DNA of 64,000 bases, from positions 33,232,001 to 33,296,000 of the forward strand of contig NC_135667.1 in NCBI RefSeq assembly GCF_964188315.1. The letters are read 5' to 3'. Source of the stretch: Podarcis muralis (taxonomy: Eukaryota). Shown here one piece after another: positions 11,080-22,269 of this stretch (within the stretch, counting starts at the first letter, position 1; each line of letters opens with the position of its first letter). The position numbers were made by a program, and so were the translations under genes. The notes under the pieces were generated by a model. It was not told the DNA's origin. It searched no databases and saw only the letters and a program-made list of their open reading frames with translations.

Positions 11080-11900
11080 AGCTAGGCCCCTGCCGAGGAC
11101 GCTTTGTCCTGTGCCCGTCCTTCTCAGGACGACGTTTGTTCTTAACGCGCCTTGCAAACACGCGCGTCGCCTTCTCCTCGGGCGTGCACACGGCCCTTGG
11201 GAACCGAGGGGCGTAAAGTTCAGAAAATGAACTGTACAACGCAGTTTGGAGAGCCGTTTCTGATCGCGCAGGCATTTGCTTCGGTGGCGGATTTCCCCCC
11301 GCCCCTCCCGCGGGCCCGCCCTAGACATTTCTGCAGCCTCAGGCGCCGACATCTAGCGGCGTCTCCCCCTCCGCCCCACTCAAATGAAGGTGCATCGCGC
11401 CTTGGGGCACCTGAGGCAGACAGTTCCACAGATGCTGGAGAGCAAACGCGTCAAAATGAATTGAACGGCTGCCCTTTCGCGCTGGCCAAAATCCTCTGCT
11501 TGAGGCGGCTGCCTAGCCCAAGGGCCGGCTTTCGCCCCTTTTCCCTCGCCGCTGCTTCCCCGCCCTCGTACCAGCATCAGCCCCGCGGGGATTTCCATGG
11601 GTCCGAGCGGCACTCCGGCGGCGCGCTCCCCGCCTCGTCCCCTGGCGGCGCCCCCGAAGTGGTCGTGCTGACGTGGCCGGGCCTCTGCCTTTTGCATCTC
11701 GGATGTCTCCACGGCAGAGATGAGCTTCGGCCGAGCTGGGCTGCTCCGCCCCGCTCAGGCACTGGGTGGGCTGCCGCATCCTCCCTCCCCAGACCGCTCC
11801 CAGTAAATATAATACATATAAAGATCTCTCCTCAAATGTGTGCGCCGCGCAGGAGGGGGACGACGACGACGGCAACAAAGTTGTGACAATTTGTAACGAG
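11080..11900. promoter_or_regulatory. CpG island / COPZ2 promoter and exon 1
   Basis: Very high GC and CpG density, GC boxes, contains the COPZ2 start codon. Confidence 0.8.
11572..11697 (-). CDS. COPZ2: COPZ2 coding exon 1 (MQKAEARPRQHDHFGGAARGRGGERAAGVPLGPMEIPAGLML)
   Basis: ATG at 11697, CTG|gtacga phase-0 donor, in a CpG island; MQKAEARPRQH resembles human MQRPEAWPRPH. Confidence 0.75.
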
Positions 11901-13562
11901 GGCTTTCTCTGCGAAAGAATTCTTGCCTGAGAATAGGAAAACCAGCTTTCATTCGAAAGAAAAGAGAGATGTACCAATTTTGGAAAACGTAAAAATGCTT
12001 CTCCCTCGTTTTTAACCCACGCAGAGTCTTACAATACTTTAAAATTATGTATTGCGCTGCTCTCTCCTGATTTGATGTGCAAACTTAATGCATGATTCTC
12101 CTGGAAGTTTTTGAGCAAAATGCTTTGAGAAGAGCAACTGCGCAGGGCTGTTGGGTGTTGGCTCTCGATAAGTACCGGTCTGGCAGATTTATTATCATCA
12201 GACTACTCTCCTCCCCTTATTTGGTACAGTGGATATTTATTATCAGGGCTAAATTTGAGCCCACTTAGGACTCAAGTTGTAAATCCTGGAAATAGATTTG
12301 AATGCAAAGGAGGAGGCTTTGGACATAGTCACCCTTTGTATTTGCATAATGCTTCCCGAACGTTCAATGAACTTTGCATGGGATATTTTAGTAATCTGTA
12401 CAACAGCCTTGTAAGGTAGGTCAGTCTGTTATTTCTGCATTGGAGGAGGCTGAGATAAAATGATTTGTTTGAAATCACACTCTGAGTTCAAGACAGAGAT
12501 AACTACTCTCACAAGCGTCACTTATGTCCAGCACAATCATTTTCAGGTTAGCTTGGAAGTTTCAATGTGCCAAGGCTTTTAAAATCTGAAATGTGTACAA
12601 ATTTGGATGCCATATGGCGGTTGTTTTCTTGTGAAACTTGGAGGTGTGGTATTCCAAACCTTTGACTACACAATCATGATCCATAACTGATTGCGGCTTT
12701 CTGGCAAAATCCCCACTGCTTATTTACAGGCATATATCTTCCCTTCTACCATTTTATGATGCTCACACCGCAAATGCTGCAGCACATGTTGCAAACACAA
12801 AGAGAACAAGTGTTGATCTGCATTTACCAATTGTGTGGACGCAGCTTTATTGCATCCAGTTCTGGTACCTTTGCACACACGACACCAGATTGTAATTCTA
12901 GTTCCAGCATTTGGGTCAGCAGGTTAAAGCTGTGTTCTCAACCCATCTACAGTCCCTGCATCTTTGGAACAGTTCCAGTCAAGCAAGGAGCACACCACCC
13001 CCCTCCATCGTCTGGACGTCTTAATAACATGTTAATGATGCCTAGTTCATCTGAAGAGGGTCCAGATGTTTCACTACTAATTGCTTCTGTGGAGGGGAAT
13101 ACTAAACGCCCACCAGAAGTGTTCTAAATGTCGAGGATCTCCAGTCTTGAAAGGATAAGCAGGCTGGCGGAAAGGTTTTAATTAGTGTATGAGGGGAGGG
13201 GGCAGTTAATTAAGTTGGATTCTTTGCTGAATTTTGATTGTAGTTTGGCAAAAAATAGTTATGAGAAAACAATGGCGGACTCACACAGGCCTTGCATACC
13301 TAAACAGCTGCATCTAGTGTCCCACTCTTGATTTCTAATGGCAGTAAGGTTGCCATCTTTGTGGGCTGAGAAACTCTGCTCCCTGGTTACAGAACCAGCA
13401 AGTTAGAACAGAGTTTGGAGTAATCCAGTGTGTCAAAGACAGAACCTTAAGAAATACAGGGCCCAAGGCAGAAGTTGCCATGTTTTAAGTACAGTCTTGA
13501 CAGAACCTAGCAACACAGATCTGGGATTTACTGACAATCTAACTACATATAGTTTTATTGGT

Positions 13563-13947
13563 GTTGTTGTTGTTTAGTCGTTTAGTCTTCGTGACCCCAT
13601 GGACCAGAGCACGCCAGGCCCTCCTGTCTTCCACTGCCTCCCACAGTTTGGTCAAACTCATGCTGGTAGCTTCGAGAACACTGTCCAACCATCTCGTCCT
13701 CTGTCGTCCCCTTCTCCTTGTGCCCTCCATCTTTCCCAACATCAGGGTCTTTTCCAGGGAATCTTCTCTTCTCATGAGGTGGCCAAAGTATTGGAGCCTC
13801 AGCTTCAGGATCTGTCCTTCCAGTGAGCACTCAGGGCTGATTTCCTTAAGAATGGAGAGGTTTGATCTTCTTGCAGTCCATGGGACTCTCAAGAGTCTCC
13901 TCCAGCACCATAATTCAAAAGCATCAATTCTTCGGCGATCAGCTTTC
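13563..13947 (-). mobile_element. Bov-B (RTE) LINE, 5'-truncated 3' end
   Basis: ORF 13539..13892 MRVPWTARRSNLSILKEISPECSLEGQILKLRLQYFGHLMRR is a Bov-B RT C-terminus; (CAA)n tail; 10-bp TSD ttttattggt. Confidence 0.9.
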
Positions 13948-14257
13948 TTTTATTGGTAGGACTAGTAAAATACTACTTGGTTGAAGAGACAGCGTCAATT
14001 TAAGACTTAGTTTAAACCAAGTGTTAGGTGCACCCTGGTTTTGTGAGCAGTGAGAATTTTGGGGGTGCGATGCTTTTGGAAGGCAAGAGGCATACCACAT
14101 TTTGAAATATCTGTATTTATTTACAAATTTACAGATTGAGCATACATGGAAATTCAGTTTAAACATTCCAACAGATAGTCCAAAAAACTATTGCTCCCAC
14201 ACTAAATCTCCAAAGAGCCAGTCGGCACCCTCAATGCTGTCAGTTTACATCCCTAAC

Positions 14258-14307
<50 letters not shown>

Positions 14308-14534
14308 CCCACCCATCTGGCTGGGTTTACGTCATATATTACATCAGCTGGGTATCTCGCCCTTTTAGTTATTTGTTAGTCATTCAGAAGGCCAGCTATT
14401 GATTGCAGTCAGCCAACGATTTAGTTCCCATGGCAGCATACCATGTCTATTTTACCTAACAAAAATGAGATACTGTACTTGCCAGGTCTAGTCAGGCCTA
14501 TTCAGATAATTTTCTGTCCAGATTTCACTCTTGG

Positions 14535-14890
14535 ATTCATAGGACCACTGAGTTGGAAGGGATCCTGGAGAACATGCAGTCCACCCCCACTTAGATGAAT
14601 GGAATCATAGAATTGTGGAGAATTGTGGAAGGGATATCTTGAGGGTCATCTAGCCCAACCCCTTGCAATGCAGGAATCACAACTAAAGCATCCATGGCAG
14701 GTGGCCATCCAAACACTGCTTAAAAACCTCCAGTGAAGGAGAGTCCACCACCTTCCAAGGGAGTCCATTCCACTGTGGAACAGCTCTTGCTGGTGTTTAG
14801 TCAGAATCTCCTTTCTTGTAACTTGAATCCATTGGTTCAGGTTCTACCCTCTGGAGGAGGAGAAAACAAGCTTGCTCCATCTTCTATGTG
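14535..14890 (-). mobile_element. CR1 LINE 3' fragments
   Basis: agaatcatagaa...ggaaggg...gtcatctagcccaacccc CR1 tail signature, present twice. Confidence 0.65.
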
Positions 14891-17775
14891 AAGATGAAAG
14901 ATCTTACAACACAGTGCTCATTACAACTGGGGCCCGGTCTTGGAACAAGTGGCATAGATTAAACAGAGCACATCTTAAGTCTCTCTGTGCTCCCTTTCTT
15001 TCATTATCAAGAAATGAGGCCACATTTAGGAAAGTGTTCTGAAGAAACAGAGATGTGTAATACCTTAAGGGCTTGGCGAACGGTTTCATCTGTACTTTCA
15101 GCATGTACTTTTAAGGGGAGGTGAGCAATAGATAGAGGTTGCTGAGTTTGCCTGGGATGGCGCACCCTACCCTGGCAGAGGAAGCAGAAAAGCACACATG
15201 ACCTAAAGTAATACCAGCATCTTTAACTTCCAAATGCCTCTAAGCAAAAACTTACCAGTAATCTCTTAGTTTGCACCCAGATTTAATCTGTTTCTGTTTT
15301 CAGGTCTTTTGGTGCACATTCTCATGCTAAGACTGGGCAAACCAGTTTCCCAGCCACTTTCTCATTCTGCAAATGAGTGTGCACTGCCTGGTCAAACAGG
15401 GAAAGTGACCTCATGCACCAGTTGTCTAGGAGTTAGAATGCATTGTTAGTGGTCGAGTCACATTGCACAGAGAGAGCCTTTGAATAATAGGATAGTTTGG
15501 TTTATAACACTTGATAGATAGATCTGTTGGATATTCAATTTTTATTTGCTGGTGGTCAAAGTTTTTCTATCTGTTCTTTCCCCTCCCAGAGCTACAATTC
15601 CCAGAGTTCCCTGGGAATAAAGGTTAATGGTTCAACTACTCTGGGAATTGTAACTCTGCTACAATTGGAGAGGGGTAGCTCTTCACCTCAACTACAGTTC
15701 CCATAATTCTTAGGGGGAAGCGATGACTGTTTAAAGTGGTATCATAGTGTTTTAAAGGTGTGGTGTGAATGTGGCCTAAATGTTGTAAGCTCTACATGTG
15801 GGCAGAGCTTGTCATTAATGAATGGCAGTTGGAAAATCATGGGAGTGGCCTTAAGGCTAACTTGTGTTTCTTAACACGTTTTTAAAACTAGAAGTAACAT
15901 AAAGCAAGGAAACAGACTGTATCAATGAGAACCAGTGTGTTGTAGAGGTTAGATCTATGGGCTGCAATCTGTTAGGAAGTTCTGCTGCACAAGCTCCTCT
16001 GAAAGGAAACAGGAACTACATAAGAGCTCACATTAATTTCAGTGGTGGATTATGCATCAGGTAGGATGAAGGAAATGCTCAGCCTTGAAATTCACCGGGT
16101 GACCTTGGGCCAGTCTACCTTGTAGGGTTGTTGTGAAAGTAAGTGGGAGAAGAGAATTATCTGTGTTGCACTGAGCTCCTTGCAAGAAAGGCAGGCTATA
16201 AATGCAATGAAGTAAACATGTAAAAAAAAAGGGGGGGCAGCAGAGTAGAAGAGAGAAAAGATTTGATGTACGACGCACAATCCATCAAGAAGTTCTCCTG
16301 CACAAGTGCTGATGAAAATAATAGGAACTACGCAAGAACTACCCTATGCATTTCAGTGGGTGTTCTGCAGGAGAAATTCCTCATAGATTGTGACCATGTT
16401 AAATAGTAGGTGGGGAATATGCCATTTGGATTTTTCATCTCAAGCACCAAAATATATTAACCTAGCCCTTTTTAAAAAACTTTTGATCCACAGAAGACTT
16501 CTCTGGCCCTCTTGTAACACTCTGCTTTTGAATCAACAAAGCAGTGGCTCTGCTAGTGTTTACAGAAGACCTAACAAAGAAATTCTTTCATCATCCTATA
16601 TATTTATTCATAGTACAGAACATATTTCAGATCAATCCGGTTCTTGCCAAGCCACAGCCAGGATTGTAGGATGGAGCTTATTTTTAGATTTCGTTCTGGA
16701 CTTACCGGATGCCCTCCCCGCACTGCAATTAGGCTAGGAAAAAGGCTCCTAGCTGTTTCCAAGCATAATTACTATATTGCGGGTGTAAGACTGTTACACG
16801 GGTGAGGGTGGATAAGAGGAGGAAGAGGAAGGGTTAACTTTCTCTATGTGCTGTGGCCATTTATTTGAATAAAGTCTCCCATTGGCTCCCAGAGAAGTCT
16901 GTTCTCAAGTCTTATACAGGCGGGGATGTGTATTATTAAAGGTTTGTCATTGGGCCCAACTAAATGGCCTACATGCTTCCTCAGTTACCCACAACTGTAT
17001 TTGATTTTAATCTGATTTGAGAGAGCCAAGAAGCTTCCAAGGTATCAGTTCTTCATGATCTAACAACTGCTGCAATTTGAGCTGTGCAGGAGCTCTTCTC
17101 CCCCTTCTACTCAACGGCCACTTCAAGCTTGAAGATCAAATTCCAAATTCAGGTTTTGCAAGTACAGTATTAAGGGGTATTCTTATGGCTATGTGCACCT
17201 TTACAAAACTTGAGAATGTGAGTGGAAGCTTTCGTTTTTGTTTAGGTCCCAAATTCATTTAAACTAAGAGTCAGTTTGAATATGAGCTCAGAAACAGTTC
17301 CAGACAGTCTGGACCTTGCCACCATTTGGTTTAGAAATTGGCAATAAATAAAAACAATAACAAAAGTTATAGCAGGTAGAATCAAGGGGATGGCCAGGGC
17401 TCAGTCCTTGTGTGATAATACTGTTGCACCTGCTGGCTGATTTTTCCTTTGTTAGGAAGATAGCTCGTTAATTACCCGGAATGGTTGGTTATTCTTTCAT
17501 CAATTGGTGTTAATGGTTATGAAATGCCTCCTCCTGATAGTGTATGTGGTTTTACATGACACAGGAGCTGATATGTGGAATGGGAATGCATGAGTTGCTT
17601 TCTGATTAATCTTCCACCTTGTGGGAGTGCCTGTTTATGTCCATTTACCTTATACAATATTTGTATATAAAGCAATTAATGGATACCTGAAGTATCCCCT
17701 GCTGTTTTTGTTTTTGTTTTACTAAGGAAAACAAGATCTGCCAACACATCACCTGGAACTTCTCATCTCCTAGAG

Positions 17776-18455
17776 CAGTGTTTCCCAACCTTTTTTGGGC
17801 AAAGGCACACTTGTTTGATGAAAAAAATCTCGAGGCACATCACCATTACAGCCCCGTGACGTCAGCGCGCAGCGTCACGCCGGGAGGGAAGGGCGCCGGG
17901 GCGCTGCTGCTGCCGCCGCCACTCCCGGCAGGCATGGGCCCAGCTGAGGCGGCGGCGGCTGTTGTGGTGGTGGCGGCGATAGCGGGCGGAGGAGGGGGCG
18001 GCGGCGGGGCCGAGGTGGCCGGCGGCGGCGGGGGAGGCGGTGGCGGGTGGAGCAGGAGGCCGGCCGAGGCCGGTGAGGGAGTAGGGTTGCCCGGGGCTTG
18101 AGGAGCCGTCGCCGGGAGTTGCTGCTGCTGTTGTTGCTGCTGCTGCCCGGACATGCCAGCCTCCTCCTCGTCCGCTGTCTCGCGCTCCTCTCTTTTGCGC
18201 GCGCTGCCCCGCCGCCGCCCCATTGGCCGGGTCCTGTCAGCTGATCCTGTGTTATTTCCTGTGTGTGTGTGTGAGGGGAGAATGGAGAGAGAAACCTCGG
18301 CACCACCACCGCGGAGCCGCCCCCGGCTCGACGCGGATCCTCGCCGCCGCCGCCCCGCCTCTCGCCGCCCGACTCGCCCGCCTCCCTCCCACGGCACACC
18401 AGGCAACGTCTCGCGGCACACTAGTGTGCCGCGGAACACCGGTTGGGAAACACTG
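17776..18455. mobile_element. Non-autonomous hAT element carrying CpG-island-like cargo (Pack-hAT candidate)
   Basis: Perfect 15-bp TIR cagtgtttcccaacc / ggttgggaaacactg; perfect 8-bp TSD tcctagag; subterminal GGCACAC repeats; about 545 bp GC-rich interior. Confidence 0.9.
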
Positions 18456-18639
18456 TCCTAGAGAAGTAGCTTAGTTCTTGCATGGTTCCTATTCTCTTCA
18501 GTGGGGCTTGTGCAGGAGAACTTCCTGATGGATAGTGCTCCATACATTTCCATAGTCTGTTTCAAGTGTTCGAAAGACACTAATACATTATCTCAGTAAT
18601 GCTTAACAACAAACCTGTAAGGTTGGCCAGTATTACTGT

Positions 18640-19083
18640 CAGGGGCGTTTTGCCCAATAGGGGCAAGTGGCGGGGGCGCCAGGGCACCAAGTTATGGAGG
18701 GCACCAGGGAAAAGACGGAGGCTGGAAGTGGCACCTCCCGGCACCAGCTTGCTGCCCTTGCCCGCCTCTGCCATGCCATGCCAAAGCAGCACCACGCCCG
18801 GAGCCTCTGTCTGCCGTGGCCACTGCGGTATGGGCACCAGGGAAGAGGCAGAGGCTGGGCGCAGCGCCTCTTGGCATCAGCTCACCACCCTCAACCGCCT
18901 CGCTGAGGCAGCGCCACGCCCGGAGCTTCCGCCTCTTTCCCGCCGGAGGAGCTGCCCTCCAGCTGCTGCTGCCCGCCTCCTCCAGCCCCTCAAAGCTGCT
19001 GGCAGTGCCATAAAAAGGTTGGCAACTCTGGGAACCCAGGGGATCTTTGCACCATGGTGCTGGATATACTTAAGACGGCCCTG
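18640..19083. mobile_element. Non-autonomous hAT (Tip100-like termini) with GC-rich interior
   Basis: Imperfect TIR caggggcgtttt / taagacggccctg; perfect 8-bp TSD attactgt (18632-18639 / 19084-19091). Confidence 0.8.
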
Positions 19084-19595
19084 ATTACTGTTGCTTGCCG
19101 AAAGTCAGTCAATCAGTTTGTGACACTTGAATCAGGAACATTCCCGTCCACACTTTGAGCTACTACAACACAGCTGCTCATTTTGAATCTATTTATTATA
19201 ACTACAATTCAGTCTTGGAAGGAATAATAATTTCAGTGCTTCTGAGCATGTGCAAAAACCCCTTCCTTGATTCTCAGCGCTCAGTGACTGCATCCGGAAT
19301 CTGGGAGATGAACTTTGAATCTGAGGGTGTAGCTTCAACGCAAGTTTGATCTTTGGCACTTTTCTTTCTGTTTTGTAATGAATGACCTGATTTAGAGTTG
19401 AGTGAGGATCCAGGTGTTTTGAGGAGTGGCTGGAGAGGAGGGTTAAGGACTACGGCAGGCTGTTGGAGGCAGTGCTTGAGACAGGAATGGTGAGTAAGGA
19501 AGCTGCAGAAGATATGCAGAACCTTGAAGCTGTTATTTGATTTGAGTTTTTTGCTTAGCTCAACATTTGATACCTACCTGATGGGAGAAAGCAGT

Positions 19596-19866
19596 AGGGT
19601 TGCCATATTTCAAAAAGTGAAAACCTGAACATAAAAGTTGTTTGGGGTTTTTTTGGGGGGGGTGGTGGTTGTTGAGCTTTTTAAATTTTTGGCCAAAGTT
19701 GTTGATCTAAGAAAAGAAATAAGTTTTGAGCTATTTTTAAGAGAATTCGCCAAAATATACACTTGCAACATGGGTTGCCATACGCCCGGTGTTTTCCACC
19801 CGGATGTTGTTTACGAGGTCAGAATCCTTGGCTATGTCTGGGAAATTCCAGATGTATGGCAACCCT
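19596..19866. mobile_element. MITE with AGGGTTGCCATA inverted termini (superfamily uncertain)
   Basis: agggttgccata ... tatggcaaccct, plus an internal third copy; TSD not clear. Confidence 0.6.
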
Positions 19867-20680
19867 ATAGAGCAAACAGGATATGGGGCAGGCATGGAGC
19901 CATTTGTTGCACTCCATTAAGATTCACCCCCCTCCTGAGTTTCATGTTTCTTCTTTTTAAGCAGTGTATTCTGTGCCACTGTAATCCAGTTAGCAGCTTT
20001 ATTGAGCAGGTCACGCCCATGTTTATGCAGGGACTGTTTTATCCAACACACCTGTTCAGGCAACTGGCTTCCTCTCCCTCTCTCTCTCTTTCTAAAACCC
20101 AGCATCAAATTACCCTGATAAATAGATCTCGTGATGCAACAGCTTCCAAATGAATTCTGCAAGCGCTGCATATGGAATGTGGCAAGAGCTGGTCATTCTA
20201 TCTCCTGCCACCAGGTCATTAATTGGGGGTGCCTGCGTGAGATGACTTATCGCAAGCTAGCTATCATTTAATGTGCTTTTAGTGGCTATTTTAGGATGTC
20301 TCTCTCACTCTTCTCTTGATATGTCTTCAGTATTTGTACATACAGAAAAATGAAATCTGGATTGAAGGTCCAGAAGAGCCTTCTCTGGAACTTCAGAGTT
20401 CCCAAGGCTTTCTGGTGACTACACTTGCGTCTCCAGAAACGAATTGGGAGGAACAAACAAGTTTCAAAAGGCAACCTTTTGAAACATCACCGCATGTCTG
20501 ATAAACAGCCTGTTCCAAAACCAAGTGCTGAGTAGCCTCTACACCAGCAGCAATTTTTTGCAGAACAGACTAGGATCTTGGAGAAATCTCCACTCAGTCC
20601 TTATGTTCACTGAGTGACCCTGGGCCAGTTGCTCTTTTGGGGCAAGGTAGTTGGCAGAGGGAGGGAGGGAGGGAGGGAGG

Positions 20681-20711
<31 letters not shown>

Positions 20712-20788
20712 TCAACCGCCATCACCATCAGTTTTCAAAACCTTTAGTGGAGCTGACCGATCTTCACAGAATTGTCCTGTTTAAGTTA

Positions 20789-20953
20789 CAGTGGTACCTT
20801 GGTTGTCGAATTTAATCTGTTTGACTCCCAAAATGGTTTAAAAACCAAGGCGTGGCTTCCGATTGGCTGCAAGAGCTTCCTGCACTCAATCGGAAGCCAC
20901 GGAAGTCACGTCGGGCGTTTGGCTTCTGTAAAACGTTCGCAAACTGGAACACT
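20789..20953 (+). mobile_element. Tc1/mariner (Tigger-like) MITE, left half only
   Basis: TA|cagtggtaccttgg terminus like the complete copy at 43565; right TIR missing, fused to PPP6C sequence. Confidence 0.6.
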
Positions 20954-20993
20954 CAAGCGCTTGTGTGACTACGTCTGTGACCTTCTTCTAGCA

Positions 20994-21320
20994 CAGGGGT
21001 GGCCAAATTCCAAGAGACTGTGATCTACTCACAGAATTAAAAACTGGCAGTGATCTACCCCCTTTTTTTAGGGGTTCAGGTCAAAGTTGTTGAGCTTTTT
21101 TGAGGGGGGTGGCCTGGCATTTTTACATTGTTTTGCGGTCAGAGAGGAACAGCAACTCACTGAAGGATCACTGGGGTAAATACAGCCTCGGTTTGTAAAC
21201 TCTGTCTTCCGTTCTCCAACAATGGAGGGCACGGCGAGGGGGCGGGAAGGGGGCCAGCGATCGACCAAAACCTCGCAGGGATCGACTAGTAGATCGTGAT
21301 CGACCTGTTGGACATCTCTG
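20994..21320. mobile_element. hAT MITE inserted in the PPP6C retrocopy
   Basis: TIR caggggtggccaa / ttggacatctctg; TSD ttctagca / ttgtagaa, both one change from the expected ttctagaa. Confidence 0.8.
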
Positions 21321-21908
21321 TTGTAGAAGAATCTAATGTGCAGCCAGTTTCTACACCAGTTACAGTCTGTGGCGACATACATGGACAGTTTTATGATTTA
21401 TGTGAATTGTTCAGAACTGGAGGTCAGGTTCCTGACACAAACTATATATATTTATGGGTGACTTTGTAGACAGAGACTATTATAGCCTTGAGACGTTTGC
21501 CTATCTTCTTGCCCTGAAAGCAAAATGGCCTGATTGTATCACACTTTTACGTGGGAATCATGAGAGCAGACAGGTAACTCAAGTGTATGGGTTTTATGAC
21601 AAATGCCAAACCAAATATGGCAACGCTAATGCCTGGAGATATTACATCAAAGTTTTTGACATGCTCACGGTAGCAGTGTTACTAGATGAGCAAATCTTCT
21701 GTATACATGGGGGCCTCTCTCCAGACATAAAAACACTGGACCAGATTCAGACCATTGAGCACAACCAAGAGATCCCACACAAAGGAGCTTTTTGTGACCT
21801 TGTTTGGTCTGATCCAGAAGATGTGGGCACCTGGGCCATAAGTCCCCGAGGAGCAGGCTGGCTGTTTGAGGCAAAAGTCACAAATGAGTTTGTCTATATC
21901 AACAACTT

Positions 21909-22269
21909 GCGGGACGCGGGTGGCGCTGTGGGTAAAAGCCTCAGCGCCTAGGGCTTGCCGATCGAAAGGTCGGCGGTTCGAATCCCCGCGGCGGGGTGTG
22001 CTCCCGTTGCTCGGTCCCAGCGCCTGCCAACCTAGCAGTTCGAAAGCACCCCCAGGTGCAAGTAGATAAATAGGGACCGCTTACTGGCGGGAAGGTAAAC
22101 GGCGTTTCCGTGTGCTGCGCTGGCTCGCCAGATGCAGCTTTGTCACGCTGGCCACGTGACCCAGAAGTGTCTCCGGACAGCGCTGGCCCCCGGCCTCTTG
22201 AGTGAGATGGGCGCACAACCCCAGAGTCTGTCAAGACTGGCCCGTACGGGCAGGGGTACCTTTACCTTT
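21909..22269 (+). mobile_element. Sauria SINE inserted in the PPP6C retrocopy
   Basis: TSD atatcaacaa (21896-21905 / 22270-22279); CpG-rich, young-looking. Confidence 0.92.

Noticed and set aside
11320-11360. RRLRLQ resembling the end of human COPZ2 exon 1
   Set aside because: No GT donor follows; the 11572 donor with MQKAEARPRQH fits better.
11152-11886. 244-aa plus-strand ORF and other long ORFs in the CpG islands (also 28489-29676)
   Set aside because: Stop-poor GC-rich sequence antisense to COPZ2 exon 1 or in promoter DNA; no recognisable domain.
12756-13127. 123-aa plus-strand ORF
   Set aside because: No recognisable homology, splice signals or promoter context.
21454-21951. 165-aa ORF as a functional PP6 phosphatase
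   Set aside because: No introns, N-terminus missing, GDFVDRG motif mutated, ORF ends inside a SINE.
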